From Promethearchaeota archaeon Loki_b31 (lineage in GTDB: Archaea > Asgardarchaeota > Lokiarchaeia > Sigyniarchaeales > SOKP01): DNA of 64,000 nt. Both the position numbers and the translations under genes were made by a program. Below the pieces are notes generated by a model that was given only the letters and a program-made list of their open reading frames with translations, did no database searches and had not been told where the DNA came from. Within the stretch, counting starts at the first letter, position 1; each line of letters starts with the position of its first letter. This document shows, in pieces, positions 31,074 to 42,280 of the stretch. The stretch lies in the NCBI GenBank assembly GCA_005222975.1, contig NJBI01000001.1, positions 91,531 to 155,530 on the forward strand, written 5' to 3'.

Positions 31074-31192
31074 TCAATTTTTTAAAACCTTTTTAAATTA
31101 TTTTATTTCAAATAAAATATTTCAATAGCATTTTTTGATTTAAAGTCTGAAAACACGAACATTATTAAGATTTCAAGTAATTTATTTTATTT

Positions 31193-32161
31193 ATGAATCT
31201 AGATCTCAAAAAATTTGATATAATTTATGTAATTGGTTTAGTTGCAACTACTATTTTCATGATTCTTGAATTGATCTTTGGATTTGTTGCGTTAAATATT
31301 ACTTTCTTAATTTTCTTTTGGACAATGAAGCTTCTTGCCGGTTTTGGTTTGATATTAACTGTTGCAAATGGTATTTTGTGGATTCTAAATCGTTTTACTG
31401 AAAAATTTAGTAAAAAACATGTTCAGGTCCTTATAATTATTCAGGTGATAGTTCCAGGAATTTTCGTAGGATATGCTATTTATAGCATAATTTCAAGCTT
31501 ACCTCCCGCAATACCTCCAACAGGTATACAATATTGGTTTGATCTTCTAATATTTCTTTATGGTATTATCTCTTTAATGCTATCATTATATATAATTCCA
31601 TTAATTAGAGAAGAATTTCAGGAAGCTGTAGACATGGGAATAATTAAGCGTATGAAGAAAGGAACAAAAAAAATAGGAAGAAAAATGAAGAAAGGATACT
31701 TTAGCTGGAGAGGAAAGTATGCGAAAGTTCAAATTCAAGATCAGATGACATTAGGAGAAGTCCTAGATATCTGGAGAAATCAATTTGCAGTGTATTTGCT
31801 TATCCCGATTGCCATAGGTTCCCTTATCTTTACACCTATAGCATTTATTTGCATAGTCTTTTGGCTAAAAATAATTGTTTTTAATAAAGGCGAGCCTAAG
31901 TTTTATGAAAGAATAACTTTACTTATCTCCACTATTTGGATCACAACAATCGCATGTTTGTCTTACACCTTCAAAATTGGATTCTTTACATCTATCGAGC
32001 CATTTTTCTGGACTATTCAAGTGTTTTACCTCGTTGGAATTATTATCTCCACCGGTATATTCATTCATCAATTCATTAAACTTAAAGGAATAACAATAAA
32101 AAAGATTAAGGAAGAAATTCATGAAAGAAGAGCGGCAGAGGATATTGAGGAAACAGATTAG
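31193..32161 (+). CDS. Hypothetical multi-pass membrane protein
   Basis: About 7-8 hydrophobic segments with a basic central loop. Confidence 0.7.
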   Translation: MNLDLKKFDIIYVIGLVATTIFMILELIFGFVALNITFLIFFWTMKLLAGFGLILTVANGILWILNRFTEKFSKKHVQVLIIIQVIVPGIFVGYAIYSIISSLPPAIPPTGIQYWFDLLIFLYGIISLMLSLYIIPLIREEFQEAVDMGIIKRMKKGTKKIGRKMKKGYFSWRGKYAKVQIQDQMTLGEVLDIWRNQFAVYLLIPIAIGSLIFTPIAFICIVFWLKIIVFNKGEPKFYERITLLISTIWITTIACLSYTFKIGFFTSIEPFFWTIQVFYLVGIIISTGIFIHQFIKLKGITIKKIKEEIHERRAAEDIEETD

Positions 32162-32281
32162 GTTGAATAAATCTTTAAAAAAAAATTAGTTAATTCTTTT
32201 TTTTTTAAGTCGTAATATCATTAAGATAAATTACAAACGAGAAATAAAATACTTATTATTCGATTTTTTCTTATTATTTTT

Positions 32282-33277
32282 ATGGTACAAGACTTAATCA
32301 CCATCGAAACTGGGAAGATTAACGAGTATTTATATCATATAGATGTAAAAGCTTACGGAACGCCTCGAATGCTTTCTATTTTCGTCGGACAATTTGACAA
32401 TTGTTCTGTTTTAATCGATTGCGGCTCGTCATTAGATACGAAGAAATTAATTAGATTTTTAAAAAAGCTGAAAATCGACTTATCTTCGTTTAAATACCTC
32501 ATCACAACTCATCACCATTTCGATCATAACGGTGGGCTATGGCAACTTTACGAGATTTTAAAGGATTACAACCCCGAAGTTAAAATCCTTACAAACCAAA
32601 AAACTAAAGAATTACTTAACAATTACGAAGAGCATTTGGCTCGTGGAAAGCGAACTTATGGAAATTTAATAGGTTCGATGAAACCTATTGAGGAAAGTGC
32701 ATTTCAAATAGTAGATCCTAGCATAAACTTCAATTCAGAAGCAAACAAACTCGATTTTATCGATTCTTTTACGATTAATGGTTCAGAAGTTAAATTAGGT
32801 ATTTTAAAAACTCCAGGACACACTCCAGACCACCAATGTCCTATATTTGTTAAGGATAATTTAATTGACTTTATACAACTTGGAGAAAGCGTGGGTACAA
32901 TTTACCACTCTTCAGAATTAATAACTATGCCAACATCTATGCCAACTTATTATAATCACGAAGAATATATGCCAACTTTAAGAAACCTTAAGAATTTATT
33001 TCCCACCAAAGCTGGCTTCGGCCATTTTGGAGTTATTAATGGAAAAGAAAACTTTCGGAAAATACTATTAGAGCACGAAGCTTTTATGAAAGAATTTAGA
33101 GAAGCGATAATTAAATTTTACAGTAAAAAACCAGAAACGAGATATGTACTCGAGCAAATCATGCCAATGTTAATCTCAAGAACCGATTTATCAATTGTGG
33201 ATAATCCCGTTTTTAACGGTATTGCATTAGGCATAGTATACGGCATGATGATGGATCTAGGATATCGCAATGAATGA
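32282..33277 (+). CDS. MBL-fold metallo-hydrolase
   Basis: THHHFDHNGG, TPGHTPDH, FGHFG. Confidence 0.9.
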   Translation: MVQDLITIETGKINEYLYHIDVKAYGTPRMLSIFVGQFDNCSVLIDCGSSLDTKKLIRFLKKLKIDLSSFKYLITTHHHFDHNGGLWQLYEILKDYNPEVKILTNQKTKELLNNYEEHLARGKRTYGNLIGSMKPIEESAFQIVDPSINFNSEANKLDFIDSFTINGSEVKLGILKTPGHTPDHQCPIFVKDNLIDFIQLGESVGTIYHSSELITMPTSMPTYYNHEEYMPTLRNLKNLFPTKAGFGHFGVINGKENFRKILLEHEAFMKEFREAIIKFYSKKPETRYVLEQIMPMLISRTDLSIVDNPVFNGIALGIVYGMMMDLGYRNE

Positions 33278-33328
33278 TTTTATAATTTTTCAAAAAATTC
33301 TAATTTATAATAAACATAACATCTTATA

Positions 33329-34537
33329 ATGGAAGAAAGAAATTTCGAAAATTTTGATTTATGCGTTGTTGGTGCAAGTATTGCAGGAAATTATTTAGCT
33401 TATTTATTGTCTAAATCAAACATGCAAATTGTTGTTATCGAGGAACACAAAGATATTGGCTTACCGTTTCAATGTGCTGGAATTATTTCTCAAAAATTAA
33501 GTCAATTAATAAAGCTTCCTGAAGAGATCGTACTAAATCGAGTTAAGACGGCAAAAATTCATAATCCCTCGGGAAATTTCATTAAACTTTCTGGTAACGA
33601 ACACCCTTATGTAATCGATAGAATTGCTCTAGATCGCTTATATTACGGTAAAAATAAAAACGCTACAAATATCACTTACTATCTTGGCGAAAGATTTAAA
33701 TCTTTTAAATACAGCGTAGAAAATAGCCAGAAATGTGTGCTAATTGATACATCTAAACGATTGATAAAAGCTAAGATGCTTATCGGGTGTGACGGGCCGT
33801 TAACTTCGGTAGGAAAACACTTAAAAGTGAAGAATAAGGTTCTTTTTGCCGCTCAAATTAGAGTTAAAGGCAATTTTGACGAAAACGAAGCAGTTATGTA
33901 CTTCCACCCTCTATGGAAACAATTATTTGGGTGGATTGTACCCGAGGGTAATAATGTTTACCGAATCGGCATAGCATCTTCTAAAAGAGTAAAAGATTGT
34001 TTTCATATTTATTTAAAGAAACTAGGCATAGATATCAACAATAAGATAGATCAGCAAGGAGGGATTATTCCGTACGGAATTATGAATAAAAGTGCTTTTA
34101 AGAACGTTTTATTGTTAGGGGACGCAGCAGGGCAAGTTAAAGCTACAACAGGAGGAGGTATTGTCATGTTATTGACTGCTGCGAAGCACGCTTCAAATTG
34201 CGTTAAACTTAGTTTCAAACAGAATAATTTTTCAAAAAGGTTTATTAAAAAGCATTATGAAAAGCCTTGTATGAGAACAATCGGTAAAGAATTAAAGCTT
34301 CATTACATTATACGGCTTATTTTAGAAAGACTAACAAACAAAGATTTCGAAGTTTTCTTTAAAATAGTAAAAGAAAATAAAATTGAGCATATTATTACGC
34401 TCTATGGCGATATGGATTTCCCAAAAGATTTAATTTTCAAGTTATTAAAAAACCCCTTAGTTTTTACTTTTTTAATCAAATTTTCATTAAAAAACCCTTA
34501 TATTTTTATCAAATTATTAAAGAAATTCATACTTTAA
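33329..34537 (+). CDS. Geranylgeranyl reductase family FAD oxidoreductase
   Basis: VVGASIAG, QCAG, IDR..LD, GCDG, FGWIVP, LLGDAAGQVKATTGGG. Confidence 0.88.
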   Translation: MEERNFENFDLCVVGASIAGNYLAYLLSKSNMQIVVIEEHKDIGLPFQCAGIISQKLSQLIKLPEEIVLNRVKTAKIHNPSGNFIKLSGNEHPYVIDRIALDRLYYGKNKNATNITYYLGERFKSFKYSVENSQKCVLIDTSKRLIKAKMLIGCDGPLTSVGKHLKVKNKVLFAAQIRVKGNFDENEAVMYFHPLWKQLFGWIVPEGNNVYRIGIASSKRVKDCFHIYLKKLGIDINNKIDQQGGIIPYGIMNKSAFKNVLLLGDAAGQVKATTGGGIVMLLTAAKHASNCVKLSFKQNNFSKRFIKKHYEKPCMRTIGKELKLHYIIRLILERLTNKDFEVFFKIVKENKIEHIITLYGDMDFPKDLIFKLLKNPLVFTFLIKFSLKNPYIFIKLLKKFIL

Positions 34538-34704
34538 AAATTATTAAAGTTTTTCTATGAATGTTGCGAGGAGAATAGTCTTGATATTAAGTAGTGATTA
34601 ATAAAAATCCTCCTTGTTAAAAATATCAGATTTTATAATAGCTCTCTCAAGAAAGCTTTATACATCATAGTTAATTCTTAAATCGTATTTTAAGAGTAAA
34701 ATTA

Positions 34705-35544
34705 TTATTCTATAGAGGGAGGTCCTTGTTTAACTCGATTAAGTAATTGATTAAGATCTGGTGATGACCAAATCGATTCAATCCACCATGTTGCTCCTGC
34801 TTCAGTGTAGGGTCTAACAATAGAACTGGCTAGCTCTGAGTCATTTCCGGGAGTCTCACCTTCTATTATTATGTCAAATGGGGATTTTAACGAGCGTTGT
34901 TCTTCAATGAAGTTTTTAATTTCATAAATATGTTCTGGTGTTACTTTTTCAAATTTACCTTGCTTAGTCTTTATTGTTGGAATTATCCCATCATATTTTA
35001 ATACTCTCTGCATGGATTTTTTCCATGGCCATGCACCTACAACCCATATTGGAATTCTTGGATACTGAATTAATTCTGGTTGAGGATGTCTTTTGAAAAA
35101 AGCACATTCTTTAAGGTTCTTTATTCGATAGTGCTGACCTTTATAATTTGACAGCTCTCTATTCCACAATCCATTTATAATATCTAATCCTTCATCCAGT
35201 AACTGTGCGCGAGTTTTTCGATCAATTTCTTCCCCAAATACTTCAAAACCAGTATCTACAGCACCTAAGCCAACACAAAGATTTATTCGACCATTTGATA
35301 AAATATCAAGAGTAATTGCTTCACTAGCTAATTTCCAAGGGCGCATTCTTGATACTGGACTGAGTAAGGTTCCAAGACGTATTCTTTCTGTTTGCACAGC
35401 TATAGCTGCCAATGTGACCCAAGCATCAATACCATAAGTCGGTTCCCAAACAAAAAAAGCGTCCCACCCTACTTCTTCAGCGACCTTAGCAAATTCGATA
35501 GCTTTAAGAACATCAGCATGAGGAAAAACAAATCCATATTTCAT
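34705..35544 (-). CDS. LLM-class (luciferase-like) flavin/F420-dependent oxidoreductase
   Basis: AEEVGWD.FF.WE, DAWVTLAAIA..TERIRLG, LDILSNGR, PRIPIWV. Confidence 0.88.
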   Translation of the reverse strand: MKYGFVFPHADVLKAIEFAKVAEEVGWDAFFVWEPTYGIDAWVTLAAIAVQTERIRLGTLLSPVSRMRPWKLASEAITLDILSNGRINLCVGLGAVDTGFEVFGEEIDRKTRAQLLDEGLDIINGLWNRELSNYKGQHYRIKNLKECAFFKRHPQPELIQYPRIPIWVVGAWPWKKSMQRVLKYDGIIPTIKTKQGKFEKVTPEHIYEIKNFIEEQRSLKSPFDIIIEGETPGNDSELASSIVRPYTEAGATWWIESIWSSPDLNQLLNRVKQGPPSIE

Positions 35545-35793
35545 TAGAATCCTCTAAATGGGCTCTAGTTTTATTGTATAGAAAAATATTATAAAGCGTA
35601 ACAATTTTAAAGAATAATAAAATTAAAATCTTTTTCTATAACAATTTATTTCCATAATTTTATTACTAAAAAATAAATTTTTATCTATTTCCATTCTGAT
35701 TCCTCATTGTCCAAATATGGTTAAGAATAAAGATTAGAAGATGAGTTGGTAAATACTTATATATGACTTAAACCTTGTGGTATTTAATTAAAT

Positions 35794-35940
35794 TTTATTA
35801 AAAAGCATTAAGAAAAGCCTTGCTCGAAAGCAATTATTACCTATTATATGACATTCATACGATAACTTTCATATTTTAAGGATCATTTTTTTTTATATCT
35901 TTATTAAAAAACCCTAATATTTTTATCAAATTATTGAAGA
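35794..35940 (+). pseudogene. Decayed duplicate of the geranylgeranyl reductase 3' end
   Basis: 35794-35822 matches 34241-34269 at 28/29 (TAT->TAA); 35903-35940 matches 34486-34523 at 36/38. Confidence 0.75.
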
Positions 35941-35987
35941 TATTAACTAAGTGAAATTTAAGCGGTTAAATTTAAAGGAGAATTATT

Positions 35988-37184
35988 ATGAATAGTAGAG
36001 AAAGAATACTTTCGGTTTTAAATTTTGAAGAACCGGATAAAGTACCCTCTTTTGAGATGTCAATCGATAATTTCAAAATATGTGAACACTTTAACGAGGA
36101 TTATGTATTTCAAGGAATGGCAAAAAGTTATAATGACACATACGATTTATGTCAAGGAGATACAGACGCTTTAACTAAAACTATTCTAATGGCTACGGAA
36201 ACGAGATCGTATATGAAAACTACTATGAATAAGCATGTGAATTTGTATAATAAGCTTGGAATCGACCTAGCAATTGTTCCACTTACAGGCTATGTTCTTT
36301 TCCCTATAAGCTGTGATAGAACGAGTTTTACTGACGAACATGGAAGAGTTTTCGATGTAAGAAAAAACCCTTCAGATGGTATGGATATGGCATATTATAG
36401 GGGTGGCGCATTTAAAAGTTTTGAAGAATTTGAATCGTTTCCGCCCTTAGAAGTTAACACTCCCCGAAGAGAAAAATATTTTAAAGCTATGAGAAAAACA
36501 GAAAAAGAGTCTCAAGGAAAAATCTCCATTATTCCTGCTGTATGGGGTTTATTTGAACCTACTTGGCAAGTTTTTGGGTTTTCAACTTTTAGTAGGCTAT
36601 TAACCGAACCAAAAAAGATCAAAGTTGTTTTTGATAGATTTGGTAAATTTATGGTAGATTTAGTTAAAACTTTTATAGAATGGGGGGAAACCGATGAGAT
36701 CATGATAATGGATGATTATGGATATAAATCGGGTTTATTGATGAGTCCTAAAAACTATAGAACTTATGTGCTTCCTTGGTTAAAAGAAAGTTGTAAAGTT
36801 GCACATAAAGGAGGTTTAAAAGTGATGTTACACAGCTGTGGAGACGTTATAGAATTATTTGAAGATCTTGTTAATATTGGAATTGATGCATTTCATCCTT
36901 TCGAACCGACAACTGCAAATCCTGAATATGACATTTTTAAACTCAATGAAAAATATTCTGGTAAAGTTACATTTATCGGAAATGTTTCTCCACAAGATCT
37001 CGCTGATAAAGAGCAAACTTATATAGAGAATTACACTAAAAACCTTATCAAAAAGCTTGCTCCAGGAGGTGGCTTTATCCTAAGTTCTGGACATAGCATT
37101 AATCCTTCTGTCAAATTAGATAATTATTTAGCGATGCACGATACATTAAAGAAACATGGAACTTATCCTATTTCTATTAACTAA
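35988..37184 (+). CDS. Uroporphyrinogen decarboxylase / MtaA-CmuA superfamily protein
   Basis: MNSRERI...EEPDKVP, DDYGYK..LLMSP, LHSCG, GNVSP, APGGGFILSSGH. Confidence 0.85.
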   Translation: MNSRERILSVLNFEEPDKVPSFEMSIDNFKICEHFNEDYVFQGMAKSYNDTYDLCQGDTDALTKTILMATETRSYMKTTMNKHVNLYNKLGIDLAIVPLTGYVLFPISCDRTSFTDEHGRVFDVRKNPSDGMDMAYYRGGAFKSFEEFESFPPLEVNTPRREKYFKAMRKTEKESQGKISIIPAVWGLFEPTWQVFGFSTFSRLLTEPKKIKVVFDRFGKFMVDLVKTFIEWGETDEIMIMDDYGYKSGLLMSPKNYRTYVLPWLKESCKVAHKGGLKVMLHSCGDVIELFEDLVNIGIDAFHPFEPTTANPEYDIFKLNEKYSGKVTFIGNVSPQDLADKEQTYIENYTKNLIKKLAPGGGFILSSGHSINPSVKLDNYLAMHDTLKKHGTYPISIN

Positions 37185-37291
37185 TTATTCTTTATTTGCC
37201 ACAAAGTATTAGTATTTCTAAATTTCTAATTAAATTTTTAAAAAAAGAATCCAATTATCTTATTTATTACATAATATAAAAAAACAATTTA

Positions 37292-38476
37292 ATGAGAAAA
37301 ATGGATTGTAGAGAAAGAGTTCTTGCTGCGTTAGATATAGAAGAACCAGATAGAGTTCCGTGCCATACTATTTTTATCGATGCGAATAATGTTGATATTA
37401 TCCTTGGAAAGCCGCAAATTACCGATTTTGATACCGTAGCCCAGTTACAAAGAGATAATCCAGATGGCTGGAGAGAAGAATTAAGTGGTTTAATTGAGAG
37501 TGTTGAAACTTCAGTCTTTTCAAGATGTGTGGAAGCAGCTGTGGCAATAGGACTTGATTGCATGCAAGTAGGAATCATACCTCTTCAAGCTGTTGATGTC
37601 CCTGGTGATGACCGCCTTTTGATGGAGGATTGCTTCGGTAGAATATGGCATATTCGATCTAACGAGGGCAATTTCAATCCTTACTATTTATATGGTACTA
37701 TGAATTCTCCTGAGAAATGGGAAGAGACTAAAGAAAATATAGAAGGTCCTATGACTGAGAAATACACCAAGATGGCTAAAAAGTTCTACCGCCGAATAAA
37801 TAAGAAGCATAAAGATAAAATATTTGTTGCCGTCACCAACGACTTAGCGGGTGTATTTGAAAGCGCTTCGCAAGGCATGGGTTTTACTTATTATTCGCGA
37901 ATGCTTCATAAAAACCCTAAATTTATCAAAGAAGTTCATGAAGTTATAGCTGAGTTTACTGCTTCCTGTTATAACGCGTATATGGATGTTGGAGCTGAAT
38001 TATTTATAGAATCGGGTGATTTAGCTTACAAAACCGGTCCGATGATGAGTCCAAAAAAGTTTAACGAATTATTACTTCCGGCATATAAAACGATTACTGA
38101 TGCTGTTCACGACCGGGGGAAAAAAATAGTGTTACATACTGACGGTCAGGTTACCCCGCTTTTAGATTTCGTCGTAGATTGCGGTTTCGATGGCTTGCAT
38201 AGTCTTGAACCCACAGCAGGTGTGGATTTAGCTCTCGTGAAAAAAAAAGTTGGTGATAAATTATGTCTTATGGGAAACATAGATATTGCCCACGATCTTA
38301 CTTATGGAACTAAGGACGAGGTCTTTGCCGCAGTTAAACACGCAATTAAAACTGCTGGACCCGGTGGCGGTTATATAGTCAGCGCAGCTAACATGCACCC
38401 TACTGTAAAAGTTGATAACTTGCGTTGGATGGTTGAAGCAACGAAAGAGTTTGGAGACTATCCAATAAACCTGTAA
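37292..38476 (+). CDS. Uroporphyrinogen decarboxylase / MtaA-CmuA superfamily protein
   Basis: RERVLAAL..EEPDRVP, GDLAYKTGPMMSP, LHTDG, MGNID, GPGGGYI. Confidence 0.85.
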   Translation: MRKMDCRERVLAALDIEEPDRVPCHTIFIDANNVDIILGKPQITDFDTVAQLQRDNPDGWREELSGLIESVETSVFSRCVEAAVAIGLDCMQVGIIPLQAVDVPGDDRLLMEDCFGRIWHIRSNEGNFNPYYLYGTMNSPEKWEETKENIEGPMTEKYTKMAKKFYRRINKKHKDKIFVAVTNDLAGVFESASQGMGFTYYSRMLHKNPKFIKEVHEVIAEFTASCYNAYMDVGAELFIESGDLAYKTGPMMSPKKFNELLLPAYKTITDAVHDRGKKIVLHTDGQVTPLLDFVVDCGFDGLHSLEPTAGVDLALVKKKVGDKLCLMGNIDIAHDLTYGTKDEVFAAVKHAIKTAGPGGGYIVSAANMHPTVKVDNLRWMVEATKEFGDYPINL

Positions 38477-38520
38477 ACGCCTTTAATTGAAATTGAAAAT
38501 TTTAATATAACTCCTTCTTT

Positions 38521-38895
38521 TTATGGCGGTATCATTGAGAAAAACGCAACTTGATTAAAAAGCAAGTACCATACTACCATAAAAACAATAACAACAATAG
38601 TCGAAACAAGCCCAAAACCTTTCACACCTTTAGGAATGCCTAAATCTTCGCTTTTTCTTTGGATAATTGCGCGAATCATGGCCACAATATAAATTAGAGT
38701 AACGAGCAGAGAAACGATCCATAAAAATAATACAAATAAAGAAAGAGTATAAATAGGTTCTCCATCAAATCGTAGTGCGTTCAACCATTCCCAATAAGAA
38801 ATTGTGACATAAGTCGGAATTGAACCGTAAATCCCAAAAGTTAACAAAAAGACAAAACTCCATAAAAATCCTTTGATAGACGACATACAACTCAA
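38521..38895 (-). CDS. Small three-TM hypothetical membrane protein
   Basis: Hydrophobic ORF filling the intergenic space. Confidence 0.65.
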   Translation of the reverse strand: MSCMSSIKGFLWSFVFLLTFGIYGSIPTYVTISYWEWLNALRFDGEPIYTLSLFVLFLWIVSLLVTLIYIVAMIRAIIQRKSEDLGIPKGVKGFGLVSTIVVIVFMVVWYLLFNQVAFFSMIPP

Positions 38896-39064
38896 CGATT
38901 TTTTCTTTATTAATACAACATTTACTTTCCAGTTTTATTAATTATATTATATAACAATAATTTATAAGATTTTTAGCTTTATAATTCATTTTTAATCAAA
39001 AATCTAGGTTAACAACTTTATAGTATTTTAGATAAGAAATAAAAAAAAGATAGTTTATTAAAAA

Positions 39065-40762
39065 TTAAAAGAAGCCTGTCAAGAACTCAAAGCCACTTTG
39101 TGGTGTAGACATAGTTACAATCAGAAAAGTCAGTATAACTGCGTTTATTATAGCCCCTGTAATGATATTTCCGGTTTTTCTATAGGTTATTATGGATACC
39201 GCAGATGTTAGAGTAAACATCACTAATGAGATTGGGATAAAAGTTCCAAAGTAAAATAAGCTTCTCATAACCACACCGATAAGTAACAGATATACAAAAT
39301 AATACAGAAATGGAATGATAAAACCCAAAAATAGTATTTTAATAGTATTACTAATAGAGTCAGCAAACTTGTTTTGAATTATCACTTGAGTTATTAAATT
39401 AAGAATAAGGATTACGAAAAAACTGATGACGAAGTAGATTGGCATTGTCCAGATTTTAGTTACGGAAGGAACCAATCCTAAATAGTTTAACCCAATTGAT
39501 AAATATGAGATAAGGTATAATACCGTTCCTAAGATTGTTCCTAATGCTAATTGCCTGAGGAATCTATTTCTTCCTTTAAAAGGTTCTTTAAGTATATCTT
39601 TAAAAGTTAAATCATCTTTCTTCCCTATTCTCCATAATAAAACCATTAATCCAAATGCTTGACCATATAACAAAGCAACAACGAACCCGGCTATGGCTAA
39701 AGGTAAAATTAGTAAAATTGGTATAAAAATTATTACGCCTGGAATACCAAGTAGCAGTGAATATAATATTGGCTTAACCGTTAAGCTTTTGATTGAATAA
39801 TCTGATGCATCAATTCTATAGGGTTTTATTTCTGCTCCGTTTTCTCTCTCGTTTTTAGACTGTAAAATCAAATTAGATAATGGGTCAACAATTAATAAGA
39901 AAAATCCAATGCCACCAATCACTTGCACTAGTAAAATCAAAGTTCTTACATTTACATAAAAGGTTTCATCTACTACATCGATGTCAAACGAATTTATAGC
40001 CCAATCTCTTGCTTCACGAATGAAGTCTTCGTCCCAGGCGACTGTAAGGTGATTACTATTATCATCTAAGTAAATCATTGTTGCGTTTCCTTGTTGGAAT
40101 GATCCGTATATTTTGTTTGAATCCACGGTTGAATTAGGAATGTCCGCGCGCGTTGCCAAACTCTCTTTTAGATATGGAAGCTCAACGGCTTCATCAAATA
40201 AAGCTTGGATCATTAGTACATTTAATGGATTGGTTGAATTACCTCTTCTTAGATCAGGATATAACCAAGTTCCAATTCCGATAAAACACTTAAATGCCGT
40301 ATCGCTGTGAATTAACTCTTGTCCTAAACCACCCATGCTATAACCGATATATCCTAATGAGTTCATGTCTATATCTCCCCTAGTTTGTAGATATTCTTTA
40401 ATAGCAATAATATCGTTAATCCTTGCGCTAGGATCACCCGTAGTACTTTGACCATGCCCTCTGAAATCAAAGGCTACAGCAACAAAACCTACTGCTGCCA
40501 GTTCTAAGGCGTAGCCCTTTACCATTTCTTTATTCACCATAGAGCCATGTCCAATTATAAAAGCTGGCTTGTTCAATCCTCCGTCCAAAGGTTCAAAAAC
40601 ATTAAAGGAAATAGTTACACCATCGTCTGTTTGAGTCGATAATCCATATGTGCTTTTGACGCTTAAAGGTACTATAAAAATGAAAATAGTTCCGATTACG
40701 AAAATAGCCAGAAAGATACAAATTAATGCGATTCTTTTTTTCGATAGATTAAATTTATTCAT
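39065..40762 (-). CDS. Alpha/beta hydrolase with a C-terminal multi-TM domain
   Basis: GHG, FDFRGHGQS, GYSMGG nucleophile elbow, about 8 C-terminal TMs. Confidence 0.85.
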   Translation of the reverse strand: MNKFNLSKKRIALICIFLAIFVIGTIFIFIVPLSVKSTYGLSTQTDDGVTISFNVFEPLDGGLNKPAFIIGHGSMVNKEMVKGYALELAAVGFVAVAFDFRGHGQSTTGDPSARINDIIAIKEYLQTRGDIDMNSLGYIGYSMGGLGQELIHSDTAFKCFIGIGTWLYPDLRRGNSTNPLNVLMIQALFDEAVELPYLKESLATRADIPNSTVDSNKIYGSFQQGNATMIYLDDNSNHLTVAWDEDFIREARDWAINSFDIDVVDETFYVNVRTLILLVQVIGGIGFFLLIVDPLSNLILQSKNERENGAEIKPYRIDASDYSIKSLTVKPILYSLLLGIPGVIIFIPILLILPLAIAGFVVALLYGQAFGLMVLLWRIGKKDDLTFKDILKEPFKGRNRFLRQLALGTILGTVLYLISYLSIGLNYLGLVPSVTKIWTMPIYFVISFFVILILNLITQVIIQNKFADSISNTIKILFLGFIIPFLYYFVYLLLIGVVMRSLFYFGTFIPISLVMFTLTSAVSIITYRKTGNIITGAIINAVILTFLIVTMSTPQSGFEFLTGFF

Positions 40763-40950
40763 ATTTTAATACTCTGATTCACAATTATTTAAAAACTTCT
40801 TTTTAGCCATTGTTAATTTTATAAAAGCGACTTGTAAAATTTAATTATAATTCAGTAAACTACTTGGAAATTCATCAATATTTTATTAATGAAAGGTTTT
40901 TATTCTTCACATAATTTTTAGACTTAATTAAATACTTAATTTTGAAGAAT

Positions 40951-42231
40951 ATGTCGACTGAACAAAAAGTTAGAAATCGATGGATCGTTGTAATAGGAGC
41001 TATTCTTATACAGTTAGCGTTAGGCACGATATACTCTTGGGGAACTCTCACCATCTTCCTCAGCCCATATTTAGGCGAAACCAGAGAGCTTACAGTATAT
41101 ATTTTTGGAATAGGTTTATTATCCTTTGCGATTACGATGATTTTTGCGGGTAAATTGCAGCAAAAATACGGTCCGAAAAAGATCGCGATCTTAGGCGGAA
41201 TTTTAATTGGAATTGGCTTGATATCGAGTGCTTTTATGAGTACTTTTTTAGGATTTTTTATTACTTATGGCATTATATTTGGTGCTGGTATTGGTTTCGG
41301 TTATGTGTGTCCAATCGCTTCAGCTGGTAAATGGTTTCCAGATAAAAAAGGATTTATTAACGGAATCGCGGTCGCTGGATTTGGAGCAGGCGCCTTCGTT
41401 TTCAATTATGTAATTAAAGCATTAGTAAACCCAACAGGATTAGAAACTATCGATCCAAACTTTGTTGCTACAGTTTCGCATAATATTCCGATGATGTTTA
41501 TTGTTTTAGGAATAATATACATCGTTCTTGTTATTGGAGGAGCAATGACCTTGAGTAATCCTCCTGAAGGATGGAAGCCTGTAGGGTGGACACCTCCACC
41601 TCCTTCCGAAGAGAGTGGAATTTCAGGGTTAGAATTCGATCGGGGTCAAACTGTAAAATTACCTCAATTTTGGATCCTTTGGACAGCCTTTGCGTTAAGC
41701 GCGATGTCTGGTTTAATGGTAATTGGATCGTATGCTGCTTTTGCTAAATCTGTTGATGTTGGAGATAATTTCATTTATGCGATTGGAACCAGTGATTTCG
41801 TATTAATTGGGAGTTTAGCAGCTTTATTCAACGGATTAGGTAGAATAGTTTGGGGGAAACTAGCAGATATGATAACCTATAAAAAATCTATGCTGGTAAT
41901 GTTTACGATTCAAGCGATCCTCATGTTTATCTACTTTACAACGAATGTCAGCGAGATATATTTCTTAATAATAACATGTGCAATATATTTCAGCTTCGGA
42001 GGCAATTTCAGTTTATTCCCTACTGCTACTGCTGATTTGTTTGGCTCAAAGAATTTAGGTCCTAATTATGGAATTGTATTTACCGCTTATGGTGTCGCAG
42101 GATTTATTGGTGCTGTTGGTGTGAACTTATTTGTTACTATTTTTGGGGGCTATTTGATATTATTTATTGTAATGGGAATAATGTCAGTTGGATCAGCAAT
42201 CCTAGCGTACTTAGTTAAACCACCAAAATAA
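40951..42231 (+). CDS. OFA-family (oxalate/formate antiporter-like) MFS transporter
   Basis: NRW...LG.IYSW, KWFPDKKG, FNGLGR..WG..AD, FGGNFS.FP, FGSKNLG.NYG. Confidence 0.9.
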   Translation: MSTEQKVRNRWIVVIGAILIQLALGTIYSWGTLTIFLSPYLGETRELTVYIFGIGLLSFAITMIFAGKLQQKYGPKKIAILGGILIGIGLISSAFMSTFLGFFITYGIIFGAGIGFGYVCPIASAGKWFPDKKGFINGIAVAGFGAGAFVFNYVIKALVNPTGLETIDPNFVATVSHNIPMMFIVLGIIYIVLVIGGAMTLSNPPEGWKPVGWTPPPPSEESGISGLEFDRGQTVKLPQFWILWTAFALSAMSGLMVIGSYAAFAKSVDVGDNFIYAIGTSDFVLIGSLAALFNGLGRIVWGKLADMITYKKSMLVMFTIQAILMFIYFTTNVSEIYFLIITCAIYFSFGGNFSLFPTATADLFGSKNLGPNYGIVFTAYGVAGFIGAVGVNLFVTIFGGYLILFIVMGIMSVGSAILAYLVKPPK

Positions 42232-42280
42232 AGATAAAAATTATTAAATTTTTTATATTCTTTTTATTTACTTTTTTACT

